Position numbers and translations under genes: made by a program. The notes beneath the pieces are model-generated. The model was not told the origin of the DNA, ran no database searches, and worked only from the letters and a program-made list of their open reading frames with translations. A stretch of 49,089 bases of DNA from a virus (lineage: Duplodnaviria > Caudoviricetes). This document shows, piece by piece, positions 8,583 through 17,727 of this stretch (its first letter is position 1; every line of letters begins with the position of its first letter). The DNA lies in the IMG/VR virus record IMGVR_UViG_3300047403_000186, positions 1 to 49,089 of that record; one strand, written 5' to 3'.

Positions 8583-9041
8583 ATGAATCTAATCGAGGCA
8601 GGGTATTGGCCGTGTACTGTTCAGTCCGCCATCGCAGCGGCCAACGACCGCGGCGAGCCGACCGCGCGCATCACCGTCCGCATTGACGAAGGGCCGAGCG
8701 CAGGCCGCGTCGTGTCCTACGAGGACGTCATCAACGCGCGCTCGTCGCTCTACGTCGCTCGCTCGTGCAAGGCGGTCGGCTGGCAGGGGCAGAAGTTCGC
8801 CACGCTGGCCGACGACTGCATCAAGTGGATCGCAACGACGGGCGGAAAGAGCACGGTCGAGATCAAGCACATCCCGACGAAGTCCGGCCGCATCTGGGAC
8901 AAGGCCAACTCGATCGGCCGCGGCCCCAAGGCGCTGAAGCCGTTGACGACGACGGCTGCAGCCGACGCTGATCAGATGCTGCGCGACGCGCTGGCCGCGG
9001 ACAACGCTAGCTCTACCGACGACGATCACGTGCCGTTCTGA
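8583..9041 (+). CDS. Single-stranded DNA-binding protein (DUF669-like)
   Basis: OB-like beta pattern, acidic DDDHVPF tail, adjacent to the recombinase. Confidence 0.75.
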   Translation: MNLIEAGYWPCTVQSAIAAANDRGEPTARITVRIDEGPSAGRVVSYEDVINARSSLYVARSCKAVGWQGQKFATLADDCIKWIATTGGKSTVEIKHIPTKSGRIWDKANSIGRGPKALKPLTTTAAADADQMLRDALAADNASSTDDDHVPF

Positions 9042-9049
9042 GGCCCACC

Positions 9050-9760
9050 ATGGACACCAAAGCACTCGCAGTCATTCCCAAGGACATCAGCGAAGTCCAG
9101 TCGCTCGCCGAGATTCTCAGCAAGGCGACCAACCTGCCGGACGCGCTCAAGGGCAAGATCCCCGACGTCGTCGCTCAGGTGCTTGCGGGCGCCGAGCTCG
9201 GCCTGGCGCCCATGGCCAGCATTCGCGGCGTGCACATCGTCCAGGGCAAACCGATCATGTCGGCGGACACCATGGTGGGGCTCGTGCTCTCGAGCGGCCT
9301 GGCCGAGTATTTCGTGCAGCTCGAGTCGTCTGCCGCCTCGGTGACCTTCGAGACGAAGCGGCGCGGCTCGCCGCACCCGCAGCGGTGCACGTGGACGCTG
9401 GACGACGCCAAGCGCGCCGGGATCGCGAGCAAGGACAACTGGCGACTGTATCCGCGCCAGATGCTGTCCGCTCGCGCTCGCGCCGAGCTCGCCCGCTCGG
9501 TGTACCCCGACGTCCTGGCCGGCGTGTACGTGCCCGAGGAGGACATCGTGCCGGCGCGCCCGCTGGCCCATGCGGACGCCGTCGACGCAGAGATCGTGAG
9601 CGAGACGGGGCCGCTGGACGCGATCGACGCGGCGACGACCGTTGACGAGCTGAAGTCGCTCGCGCCGATGCTGACCAAGCTGCCGGCGGATCTGAAGCCT
9701 CAGGCTCGCGCTCGGTACCAGTCCCGCATGGACGCGCTCACCGCGGGGTCAGCGGCGTGA
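9050..9760 (+). CDS. recT: RecT-like single-strand annealing protein
   Basis: GAELGLAPM..I.IVQGKP, DAKRAG...KDNW..YPRQML.ARA...LAR..YPDVL.GVY.PEE. Confidence 0.85.
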   Translation: MDTKALAVIPKDISEVQSLAEILSKATNLPDALKGKIPDVVAQVLAGAELGLAPMASIRGVHIVQGKPIMSADTMVGLVLSSGLAEYFVQLESSAASVTFETKRRGSPHPQRCTWTLDDAKRAGIASKDNWRLYPRQMLSARARAELARSVYPDVLAGVYVPEEDIVPARPLAHADAVDAEIVSETGPLDAIDAATTVDELKSLAPMLTKLPADLKPQARARYQSRMDALTAGSAA

Positions 9761-10848
9761 CGCCAACGGCCAGCAAGCTCGAACTCGCTATGATGTGCCC
9801 TGCGTCGTTTGCGCTGGAGCATGGCGCGGTGAGCGTCGACGGCTCGAATCCCGACGCCGGGCGCGAGCGCCACGCCAGGTATGAGCGGGACGTCCCCGAC
9901 GACGTGACGAGCCGCTGGCCGGGGTACACGTGGTCGGCAGAGATCAAGGTCTGGTACGACCTGGCCAGCGACACCGGCGGGATCCACGGGCAGGGCAACG
10001 ATCGAGCGTACGACGATCGCGGCCCGTTCGTCGTCTTCGGCACGGCAGACCTGATCGGCCGCGCCGACGGGGACGCCGTCGTGCTTGATTACAAGGGCTT
10101 CAACGCTCAGACGCCCGCGGCGCGCAACCCGCAGGTGTCGATCTTGGCGCTCGCGGTGTCTCGCGCCTGGCGCGTGCCGGCGGTGACCGTCGCGATCCGG
10201 CCCGAAGTCGGCGCGATGGACGTTGCCCGCCTCGAGGCGCTCGAGCTCGACGCGTTTGCCGCAACCGCGCGCGACGCACTGTCCGAGGTCGTTCGCGTCC
10301 GCGAGATGCGCCGGGCCGGGATGCCGGTGCGCGTCAACGAGGGGTCGTGGTGCACGTACTGCCCGGCGCTTGCGGCGTGCCCTGCAAAGCAGGCACTCGC
10401 GCTGATGGCGCGCAACGAGCCGCCGCTGTCGTGGGATCTAGCCGACGACCGCACGGCGGCGGACGCGTACGATTTTGCGGCACGGGTGCGCCAGCTGCTC
10501 AAGCGGCTGGACGGGGCGATCTACGCTCGCGCGGCCGAGCGCCCGATCCCACTGAACGACGGCCGGGTGCTGTCCCAGGTGACGGCGCAGGGTAACGAGA
10601 CGCTCGACGGTGACGTGATGTGGCGCGTCGTTGCCGAGAAGCACGGGCGCGACATCGCCGACGCGGCAGTGATCCGCAGCGCGACGAAGAAGCGGCTCAA
10701 GGAGGCGTTGCAGCTGGCCAACGTCGAGTCCGTGGCCAAGGCCGAGCGCGACGTGCTCGAGGCGGTGCGCGCGGCTGGCGGGTCCGAGCGCAAGGAGACG
10801 ACGCGGATCGAAGCGGTTGAGCGGGTGTTGAAGGCGGGCAGCCCATGA
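9757..10848 (+). CDS. PD-(D/E)xK exonuclease (Cas4/DUF2800-like)
   Basis: N-terminal CP, GTAD..VLDYK, CTYCP....CP Fe-S-type cysteines; partner of RecT. Confidence 0.85.
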   Translation: MTPTASKLELAMMCPASFALEHGAVSVDGSNPDAGRERHARYERDVPDDVTSRWPGYTWSAEIKVWYDLASDTGGIHGQGNDRAYDDRGPFVVFGTADLIGRADGDAVVLDYKGFNAQTPAARNPQVSILALAVSRAWRVPAVTVAIRPEVGAMDVARLEALELDAFAATARDALSEVVRVREMRRAGMPVRVNEGSWCTYCPALAACPAKQALALMARNEPPLSWDLADDRTAADAYDFAARVRQLLKRLDGAIYARAAERPIPLNDGRVLSQVTAQGNETLDGDVMWRVVAEKHGRDIADAAVIRSATKKRLKEALQLANVESVAKAERDVLEAVRAAGGSERKETTRIEAVERVLKAGSP

Positions 10849-11033
10849 CCCTCCCCACCCCATACCGCCGCGCCCGCCTGGTCTGGCGCGTGATCGCCGT
10901 CGACGAGCGCGGCAGCTCGCCAGGCAACTGCGGCCACAGCCACGCGACGAAGCTCGAGGCGGTGCGCTGCCCGTGGGCGCCCGAGCCGTGGCCGGACAGG
11001 TGTGACCTGCTCGTGCGGGAGGTGCGCGCATGA
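10845..11033 (+). CDS. Hypothetical protein
   Basis: ATGA overlap; CGHSH motif. Confidence 0.55.
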   Translation: MTLPTPYRRARLVWRVIAVDERGSSPGNCGHSHATKLEAVRCPWAPEPWPDRCDLLVREVRA

Positions 11034-11203
11034 CGCCCTACCGAGCCAGCGCCTACCGTGGCGGCGAGCTCGTCGAGCACTTGTTTTCTCGCCTGGCCGA
11101 CGCTCGGGCCTGGGTCAACGGCAGCGACCAGACTAGGCCCTGGAGAATCCAGGCCAGGCGCGGCGGGAGGTGGCAGACCGTGCATCAGTCGTGGAGGAGG
11201 TAG
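11030..11203 (+). CDS. 57-aa hypothetical protein (missed by the track)
   Basis: ATGA overlap; MTPYRASAYRGGELVEHLFSRLADARAW. Confidence 0.55.
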   Translation: MTPYRASAYRGGELVEHLFSRLADARAWVNGSDQTRPWRIQARRGGRWQTVHQSWRR

Positions 11204-11205
11204 CC

Positions 11206-11768
<563 letters not shown>

Positions 11769-11772
<4 letters not shown>

Positions 11773-12386
11773 GCGACGACCTAACCGCCCGCCGCGAGGC
11801 CGAGGCGCTCCGCGTCTGGCGAGCCGATGGCAAGGCACCCTCGGGCATCTGCCCGCACTGCGGCTCGCCCATCTCCGTCGTGCAGCGCGGCGGCTGGTTC
11901 CGCGCCCGCTGCTCGCATCGGCACTGCGGGGCAAGCGGATCGAAGATGCGCAAGCTGACGCGCGCCGTCGAGACGTTCTGCCGCCCGGACGCATACGTCC
12001 TGCGGCACATGGGCGTGGTGACGATGCTGGAGCAGGAGCGCGACGAGCTCCGCGCCGAGGTCGAGCGCCTGCGCGCCGAGGTTGAGGGACAAGGCACCGG
12101 CTTGACCGCCCTGCAACTAATCCTTGGCCCGACGCCCAACGGGCTGATCGCCGCCGTCAAGGCGCTAGCTGACCACGCCAAGCATGGAACTTGTTTGCAA
12201 GTTATCCCCGGCACCTTCATCGCCTGCGGCGAGGGTAAAAACTTTTGCACTAGGGCGTGCTGGCTCGAAAGCCTGCTTCGCGAGGCGCACCGGGAGCTTT
12301 CGACCATCGAGGCAATTACCGTTAGTCCGTCGGATACGGATGGTTTGATCGATTTGGTCCGGCGGATCGGGGAGGCGATCAATTGA
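11769..12386 (+). CDS. Lar-like zinc-ribbon plus coiled-coil protein
   Basis: CPHCG...RCSHRHCGASG, then ERDELRAEVERLRAEVE. Confidence 0.55.
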
Positions 12387-12628
12387 GTTCCAGTGACTTC
12401 TGCATCCGCTGTGACCGAGAACTGAGTGCGTATTGCGAACACTGCTTTGATGCGATGCGTGACGCCGTCAAAGCCGAGGTCGAGCGGCTGCGGCGCGACC
12501 GCGACAGCTACGCCAACTCTAACTTTGAGGGACAGCTGTCTGAGGCCCGCCGCGAGCTCGACCGGCTGCGGGCCGAGCTGGCAAGGAGGCATGCTTATCC
12601 GGTTACCACCCAAGGAGCGTGTAAGTGA
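12383..12628 (+). CDS. Zn-finger/coiled-coil protein whose C-terminus is supplied by the inserted cassette
   Basis: CIRC...CEHC; the last 12 aa are encoded inside the element starting at 12590. Confidence 0.6.
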   Translation: MSSSDFCIRCDRELSAYCEHCFDAMRDAVKAEVERLRRDRDSYANSNFEGQLSEARRELDRLRAELARRHAYPVTTQGACK

Positions 12629-13356
12629 GCTATAGCGCGCTCAAGCCATTCTGGCGTTACTACGGCGGCAAGTGGCGGGCCGCTCTGTCATATGCCGCGC
12701 CGGTTCATGACGTAATCGTTGAGCCGTTCGCTGGCGCGGCCGGTTACGCGCTGCACTATCCCGAGCGCGATGTTGTGCTCGTCGACTGCTACCCGGTCGT
12801 CGCGGGCATCTGGCGTTGGTTGATCGGCGCGACCTCTGATGAAGTTCGCGCGATCCCGCTCACCGACGATGTGAGCTTGCTGCCCGACTGGGTTCCGACC
12901 GGAGCTCGCGATCTCATCGGTTTCTCGATGAACGCCGCAGTCGCGTCGCCGAGGCGCGCGCTGTCCGCTGGGTGCTTGCGCCTGCGCGCACAGGGTCGTC
13001 AGTTCTACGGCTGGTCCGAGGCGATGCGCGAACGTGTCGCGCAGCAAGTCTGCAAGATCAAGCACTGGCAGGTGATCGAGGGCGATTACACCGCTGCCCC
13101 GAACGTTGAGGCCACTTGGTTCATCGACCCGCCGTATCAGACTCAGGGCCACCATTACGTCCACACCCTCTCACCAGAGCAGTACGCGGCCCTGGCAACG
13201 TGGTGCCAGTCGCGGCGCGGGCAGGTGATCGTGTGCGAGGGCGAGGGCGCGGACTGGCTCCCTTTTCGCTCGCACGGAGCGTTCAAGGCAGGCCCGATCT
13301 CCAAACGCTTCCGGGAGGTCGTGTGGCCGTGATTGGGAGACAACCGGATAAGCATG
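12590..13356 (+). mobile_element. Non-autonomous IS1595-family (ISSod11-like ends) mobile cassette carrying a methyltransferase
   Basis: Terminal IRs CATGCTTATCCGGTTACCACCCAA / TTGGGAGACAACCGGATAAGCATG (21/24 match, outer 15 bp perfect). Flanking 8-bp direct repeat CAAGGAGG at 12582-12589 and 13357-13364. Confidence 0.82.
12625..13332 (+). CDS. DNA adenine methyltransferase (D12/Dam class)
   Basis: YYGGKW, EPFAGAAGY (SAM motif I), FIDPPY (motif IV). Confidence 0.88.
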   Translation: MSYSALKPFWRYYGGKWRAALSYAAPVHDVIVEPFAGAAGYALHYPERDVVLVDCYPVVAGIWRWLIGATSDEVRAIPLTDDVSLLPDWVPTGARDLIGFSMNAAVASPRRALSAGCLRLRAQGRQFYGWSEAMRERVAQQVCKIKHWQVIEGDYTAAPNVEATWFIDPPYQTQGHHYVHTLSPEQYAALATWCQSRRGQVIVCEGEGADWLPFRSHGAFKAGPISKRFREVVWP

Positions 13357-13372
13357 CAAGGAGGGGCGAGCC

Positions 13373-13714
13373 GTGAGCGACGAGTGCCGCGACTGCTACG
13401 CCGACCCCTGTCGGTGCGCCGAGTACGCCGCCGCCCGCGCCGGGGAGCGCGCCGCCGCGTCTGCCGTCTGCGCGTCGATGATCGACGCGATGCCGTGTCG
13501 GCCGTCTCCGTGGCTTGTCTGGCCGTTTCACGACGCACCGCCTGTGCTGCGCGCCTTGTCGCAGAACGGCGGCGACGAGGATTGGATCCTTGTGCTCTCG
13601 CCCGGCGCCGACGATCCGTGGTGGGCGCACGAGGGCGGGCCGTTTGGATGTTGCCGCGTCGAGCGCCACGAGCTGCCGTGTGGACGCACGGTGCTGATCG
13701 GGTGTCACTCGTGA
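13373..13714 (+). CDS. Hypothetical protein
   Basis: AAGGAGG upstream of the GTG; SQNGGDEDW motif. Confidence 0.65.
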   Translation: MSDECRDCYADPCRCAEYAAARAGERAAASAVCASMIDAMPCRPSPWLVWPFHDAPPVLRALSQNGGDEDWILVLSPGADDPWWAHEGGPFGCCRVERHELPCGRTVLIGCHS

Positions 13715-13757
13715 GCAAACCTACACCGGCGGTTCAGTTTCGCGGGGACGGCAAGCC

Positions 13758-14009
13758 ATGATCCTCCTCCAGCTCGCCATCACCATCGCCGCCGCCCTCC
13801 TTGGCTCGCCGTCGTTCGTGCGCTGCCCGCGCGACTGGTGGGCGAGCGCGCCGACCTGGCCGAGCCCGCGTGCGGCGTGCGCGTGGAGCAGGGAGGACGG
13901 CTCGGGGCGCGTCGAGTTGTGGGTGCCGCTCGCATGCGCTGGGCTCGTGCGCGGCGAGCGGGTCGTGGTGTGTCGGGGTGTGATTCACGTGACAGGGGGC
14001 GAATTATGA
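13758..14009 (+). CDS. Hypothetical secreted or membrane protein
   Basis: N-terminal hydrophobic segment; ATGA-coupled to xis. Confidence 0.5.
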   Translation: MILLQLAITIAAALLGSPSFVRCPRDWWASAPTWPSPRAACAWSREDGSGRVELWVPLACAGLVRGERVVVCRGVIHVTGGEL

Positions 14010-14188
14010 GCGCCGCGGCGGTTCTGACAATTACCGAGCTTTGTTCTCGATGGAAGTGCGATCGCAAGTCAATCCTCGCCCGGATCAACGCCGGCACCCT
14101 CTACGCTTTCCGAGTCGGCGAGCGGGCTTACAGGGTGCCGCTTGTTGAGGTGTTGCGGATCGAGCAGGGCTCTGGCAAAGCTGCATAG
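14006..14188 (+). CDS. xis: Excisionase-like HTH protein
   Basis: LTITELCSRWKCDRKSILARINAGTLYAFRVG..YRVP; directly before the integrase. Confidence 0.82.
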   Translation: MSAAAVLTITELCSRWKCDRKSILARINAGTLYAFRVGERAYRVPLVEVLRIEQGSGKAA

Positions 14189-15313
14189 ATTCCGGCGTAC
14201 AAGGACAAGGCAGGGCGTTGGCGCTATCGGTTTGCGTACCAGGGTGCGCGCTACAGCGGCAGCACACCCAAGGGCCACAATACGAAAAACGCTGCCGATC
14301 GTCTCGAGCGGCAGCACCTCGAGCGACTCATCGCGCGTACTCGTACCGGCACGATGCCGACCGTGCGCGAATTCGCCGCGCAGTTTCTCGACCACCAAGC
14401 CAGCCGAACCAAGCCGCTCACGCACATCCAGCAGCGCGCCACGATCAACACGCTACTCGTGCCCGCCCTCGGCAAGCTGCGAGTGGACCAGATAGCGCGC
14501 CAGCACATCGACGGACTAGCGACCGCCTGGGCTGCGGCCGGCAACGCGCCCAAGACGATAAACACGCGACTCGGCACCATTCGCCGGCTGCTCTCGCTTG
14601 CGGTCGAGTGGGAGATTATCCCGCGCGTGCCGCGTATCGAGTTCCTGCGACTCGGCAAGGAGGCGCCTCGCTGGCTCGCGGACGAGGAGATGACGCGACT
14701 ACTCGACGCCGCCGAGCCACGCTGGCGATCGATGATGCTCGTGGGGCTCCGCACCGGGCTGCGTATCGGCGAGCTGCGCGGGCTGCAATGGGGTGACGTC
14801 GACCTCGAGCGGCGAACGCTCCACGTGCGCCGGACAGATCCGGGGCGCCGCGCCTTGGACGCCACGCCCCCCAAGGGTAACCGCGATCGTACGGTGCCGC
14901 TCACGGTCGAATCTGCCGCCGCGCTCGCCGCCATGCGACCGGCCAAGGCCCGCGCCGATGACTGGGTCTGGCCGGCGCTGCTCAAGCGGGGCACAGAGAC
15001 GCGCTCGCGAGCTCGTAGCGAAAAAGGCTGCTGGCACGCCCTCAACCGCGCCGCGCGTGCTGCCAAGCTCGCTGACGTCGGCTGGCACACGCTGCGGCAC
15101 ACGTACGCGAGCCACCTCGTCATGCGCGGGATTCCCATCCGCCTCGTGCAGGCGTGGCTCGGACACGCCAGCGTCAAGGAGACGGAGAAATACGCGCACC
15201 TGTACCCCGACCACGGGCACGACGCCGCGAGCCTGCTCGACACACCGCTGGCCTGCCAAACGGGAGCCAAAGCCCTTCCTGCAGGCGACGATAAGGCTAG
15301 CAATTCCGGTTGA
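14189..15313 (+). CDS. int: Tyrosine integrase; true 5' end probably the ATT at 14189
   Basis: TGLRIGEL, PKG, HTLRH, LGH, KYAH catalytic set. The frame is open 55 codons upstream of ATG 14354 and encodes an arm-binding-like domain (PAYKDKAGRWRYRF). Confidence 0.93.
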   Translation: MPAYKDKAGRWRYRFAYQGARYSGSTPKGHNTKNAADRLERQHLERLIARTRTGTMPTVREFAAQFLDHQASRTKPLTHIQQRATINTLLVPALGKLRVDQIARQHIDGLATAWAAAGNAPKTINTRLGTIRRLLSLAVEWEIIPRVPRIEFLRLGKEAPRWLADEEMTRLLDAAEPRWRSMMLVGLRTGLRIGELRGLQWGDVDLERRTLHVRRTDPGRRALDATPPKGNRDRTVPLTVESAAALAAMRPAKARADDWVWPALLKRGTETRSRARSEKGCWHALNRAARAAKLADVGWHTLRHTYASHLVMRGIPIRLVQAWLGHASVKETEKYAHLYPDHGHDAASLLDTPLACQTGAKALPAGDDKASNSG

Positions 15314-15505
15314 CTGCGGTCTGTAGCCTGATAGAATTTCGCTCTACGCGAGTGCTGCCTCTACAGTGGCGCAAGCGTGCGAACACACAGGAGGTTTGCG
15401 CGCAATGTCACGAGAGGAATCAGAAAACGAGCACGAGGCGGATAAGGGCGGATATTCCGGGGTTGGGAGCGGTGAGGTTGGAGCCGCTGCCAAAGATCTG
15501 CCAAA
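15254..15505. other. Candidate attP with arm-type sites
   Basis: (T/A)GCCAAA pairs with 11-bp period at 15254/15265 and 15488/15499. Confidence 0.55.
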
Positions 15506-15569
15506 ATTTGCAGAGCGTCCGACGTGGGAGCCGCCGCGTCGGCGCCGTGGCCATGCTCGCATCTGGTCA

Positions 15570-15938
15570 ATGTGCGAGCACTGCGGCATGTGGAGCGAGG
15601 CCGACCGGGCGTCCCTGCGCCGGTTCTGTGACTCGAGCTGCGCCGCCGCCCACGTGCGCGCAACGGGACTGATGCGAGGCGAGAACAACCCGCGATGGCT
15701 CGGCGGTGTGTCGCGCGATAACATGCGGTACCGCAATCGACAGAAGGCACGCTGGCCCGAGAGGGAAGCCGCTCGGCGGGCCGTCGGCGCCGCGGTTCGC
15801 TCGGGTCGGCTCGTGCGCCAGGCGTGCGAGGCGTGCGGAGATTCGACGGGGCACGCGCACCACGACGACTACAGCAAGCCGCTAGATGTACGCTGGCTAT
15901 GCCGTAGGTGCCACGACGCGCATCATCGGTCCCGCTAA
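15570..15938 (+). CDS. HNH-like endonuclease (start uncertain)
   Basis: GENNPRWLGG, CEACG...HAHHDDYSKPLDVRWLCRRCH. Confidence 0.75.
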   Translation: MCEHCGMWSEADRASLRRFCDSSCAAAHVRATGLMRGENNPRWLGGVSRDNMRYRNRQKARWPEREAARRAVGAAVRSGRLVRQACEACGDSTGHAHHDDYSKPLDVRWLCRRCHDAHHRSR

Positions 15939-16036
15939 TCCCCCGGCGATCTCGCGGTGTTGCAGAATTTAGGCGTGGGAAACACCCCAGCTTTCGCGGG
16001 GTTGTACGATTTTCGTCAGGTATTGCGAAAAATCTC

Positions 16037-16065
16037 TGGCGCTCGGGACCGAGAGGTATTACGGT
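16037..16065 (+). promoter_or_regulatory. Sigma70-like promoter with palindromic operator
   Basis: TGGCGC-N17-TACGGT-N6-ATG(16072); CTCGG-GA-CCGAG at 16042-16053. Confidence 0.45.
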
Positions 16066-16071
16066 ATGTCT

Positions 16072-16383
16072 ATGGCGACGAACAACACCAGCACCCAGAT
16101 CACCAACGCTCAGATCCGCGCGCTCCGCGAGGAGGCGGCACCGTGCCAGTGTGGCGAGTGGAGCGGCGAGCGCTGCTCTGGCACCGCGCCGGCAGGCCGC
16201 CGCGTCCGCGTCGAGTTCATGCCCGACGAGCACCGCAGCTCGCACGACGCCGCCGGCAATCGCGGCAGCTACCCCGCCAACGGCTCGCAGCGGATCTGGG
16301 TGTCGCCGGAATGCGCGGCTCTGATGATCCAGCACGACGGCGAGTGGTGCGAGGTCGTCAAGCGCGACGAGGTGGCGTCGTGA
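16072..16383 (+). CDS. Hypothetical protein
   Basis: First gene of cassette 1. Confidence 0.65.
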   Translation: MATNNTSTQITNAQIRALREEAAPCQCGEWSGERCSGTAPAGRRVRVEFMPDEHRSSHDAAGNRGSYPANGSQRIWVSPECAALMIQHDGEWCEVVKRDEVAS

Positions 16384-16631
16384 CCCGCGCGCGGATCTGG
16401 TCCACTGAGGTCGGCGTCGCGATTGAGTACGCCGACGAGATTACCGGCGAGCGCGTGCGCCGCGAATTTCGCGCGCCGCTCAGTCGGTGCGGGTACGTGC
16501 GCGAGGGCGACGGACAGGTGTGCGAGGGGCTGTACTCGACGGGCCGCACCCTGGAATCGACGAGCGACGGGCTGCTCGAGCTGGTGCGCCGCGAGTGGCG
16601 CCGCCGCCGTCGGACGTGGAGGGTCGAATGA
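16380..16631 (+). CDS. Hypothetical protein
   Basis: GTGA/ATGA overlaps. Confidence 0.65.
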   Translation: MTRARIWSTEVGVAIEYADEITGERVRREFRAPLSRCGYVREGDGQVCEGLYSTGRTLESTSDGLLELVRREWRRRRRTWRVE

Positions 16632-16798
16632 CCGCCCGCCGCCGTGGCCGCCCACCCCTCGACCCGCACGCCAAGACGATCGCAGTCGCGATCAAAGCCA
16701 GCCCCTCCGAGCTCGCGGCCTGGCGAGCGGCAGCGGTCGCGGACGGCTGCAACCTGTCAGAGTGGATCCGGCGGCGGTGTGCCGTAACCGTGCGCTAA
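16628..16798 (+). CDS. Ribbon-helix-helix-like regulator with RGRP N-terminus
   Basis: RRGRPP...VAIKASPSELAAWRAAA..DGCNLSEWIR. Confidence 0.75.
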   Translation: MTARRRGRPPLDPHAKTIAVAIKASPSELAAWRAAAVADGCNLSEWIRRRCAVTVR

Positions 16799-16867
16799 TT
16801 CGTCAGCCGAATATAGCCAGCAGTCACGCTAGGTTACGAGAAATCGACGAAATCGACGTGATTGGGC

Positions 16868-16896
16868 TTGATTTCGTCGGACGAAATAGGTAGATT
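16868..16896 (+). promoter_or_regulatory. Sigma70 promoter with a perfect palindromic operator
   Basis: TTGATT-N17-TAGATT-N6-ATG; ATTTCGTC-G-GACGAAAT at 16871-16887. Confidence 0.75.
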
Positions 16897-16902
16897 GAGG
16901 GC

Positions 16903-17118
16903 ATGACGAAGACGAACAACGAACTGGCACGCCGCTACTTCAACGCCAAGACGATCCGCGCGCTCGCGAAGAAGGGGGCCCGCGTGATCGACGCAACCTG
17001 GGGACCGGGCGCCGATGGTTCGTTCGCGAACGGGCAGACGCTGTTCTCGGTTGACGAGAACGGCACGGCCAAGGTTCGCACCTTCCTCGATGTCCTCGCG
17101 ATGGCGGGCGCGCGATGA
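16903..17118 (+). CDS. Hypothetical protein
   Basis: First gene of cassette 2. Confidence 0.7.
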   Translation: MTKTNNELARRYFNAKTIRALAKKGARVIDATWGPGADGSFANGQTLFSVDENGTAKVRTFLDVLAMAGAR

Positions 17119-17300
17119 GCGGTAGATGGGACGAGGATCGCGTTCAGGCTGAATTTGAAAAGGGATACGACCAGGCAGTATCCGAGATCGTCAAATGGGC
17201 AAAGGAGATTGCAAGGCACGATGCGTCGGGCGCGTGGATCGGGTTTGCGCTTAGGCTCCATGCTGAATTTGGGAGGATTAAAAAAATGAAAGACGCGTAA
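17115..17300 (+). CDS. Hypothetical protein
   Basis: ATGA overlap. Confidence 0.6.
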   Translation: MSGRWDEDRVQAEFEKGYDQAVSEIVKWAKEIARHDASGAWIGFALRLHAEFGRIKKMKDA

Positions 17301-17547
17301 CCACTGGCGCAGCTCGTAATCAAGCTGGATGCGTGCCTAGCTCGTATTTCGGAATCCCTCGGGTTTACCCCCCGGCGGGCTCGACTCTCACGGCATGGTT
17401 GAGCAGATCAGGATAGCCCAGCGAAAGGCGCAGCTTCTAGCGCGAAAAATCGAGAGCATCGGCGCGATGGCAAACAACGACGCATATTCAATGTCGGATC
17501 GACTGAACGAGATCAGGCAACTTGTGCGGGACGCTCAATCCCTGTGA
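17286..17547 (+). pseudogene. Possibly degraded ORF (or an intact 50-aa ORF 17395-17547)
   Basis: RBS plus ATG 17286, early TAA, frame change at C6 run 17368-17373; ends GTGA-coupled to the RHH gene. Confidence 0.3.
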
Positions 17548-17720
17548 CGCAACATCGAAAACCCGGCCGCCCCCGGCGCTCTGCCGCCCTCGCCGACCGC
17601 CGCGTGACCATCCGTCTAACCGAGGCCGAGCACGAGCTACTAACGACCGCTGCGGGCGTGCTGCCCGTGTCCGACTGGATCCGCGATGCCGCCATTGATG
17701 CGGCACGGTCTAAGAGCTAG
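17544..17720 (+). CDS. Second RHH-like regulator, 58 aa (missed by the track)
   Basis: KPGRPRR...RVTIRLTEAEHELLTTAAGVLPVSDWIRDAA. Confidence 0.75.
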   Translation: MTQHRKPGRPRRSAALADRRVTIRLTEAEHELLTTAAGVLPVSDWIRDAAIDAARSKS

Positions 17721-17727
17721 GCGCCCG

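Noticed and set aside
9757-10848. Cas4-like protein suggesting CRISPR-Cas
   Set aside because: No array or other cas genes seen; the context is SSB-RecT recombination.
12590-13356. Invertible phase-variation segment
   Set aside because: The 8-bp flanking duplication and clean empty site fit transposition; no dedicated invertase is present.
15366-15569. N-terminal extension of the HNH-like ORF
   Set aside because: It overlaps the attP-like region and looks non-coding; a later start is preferred.
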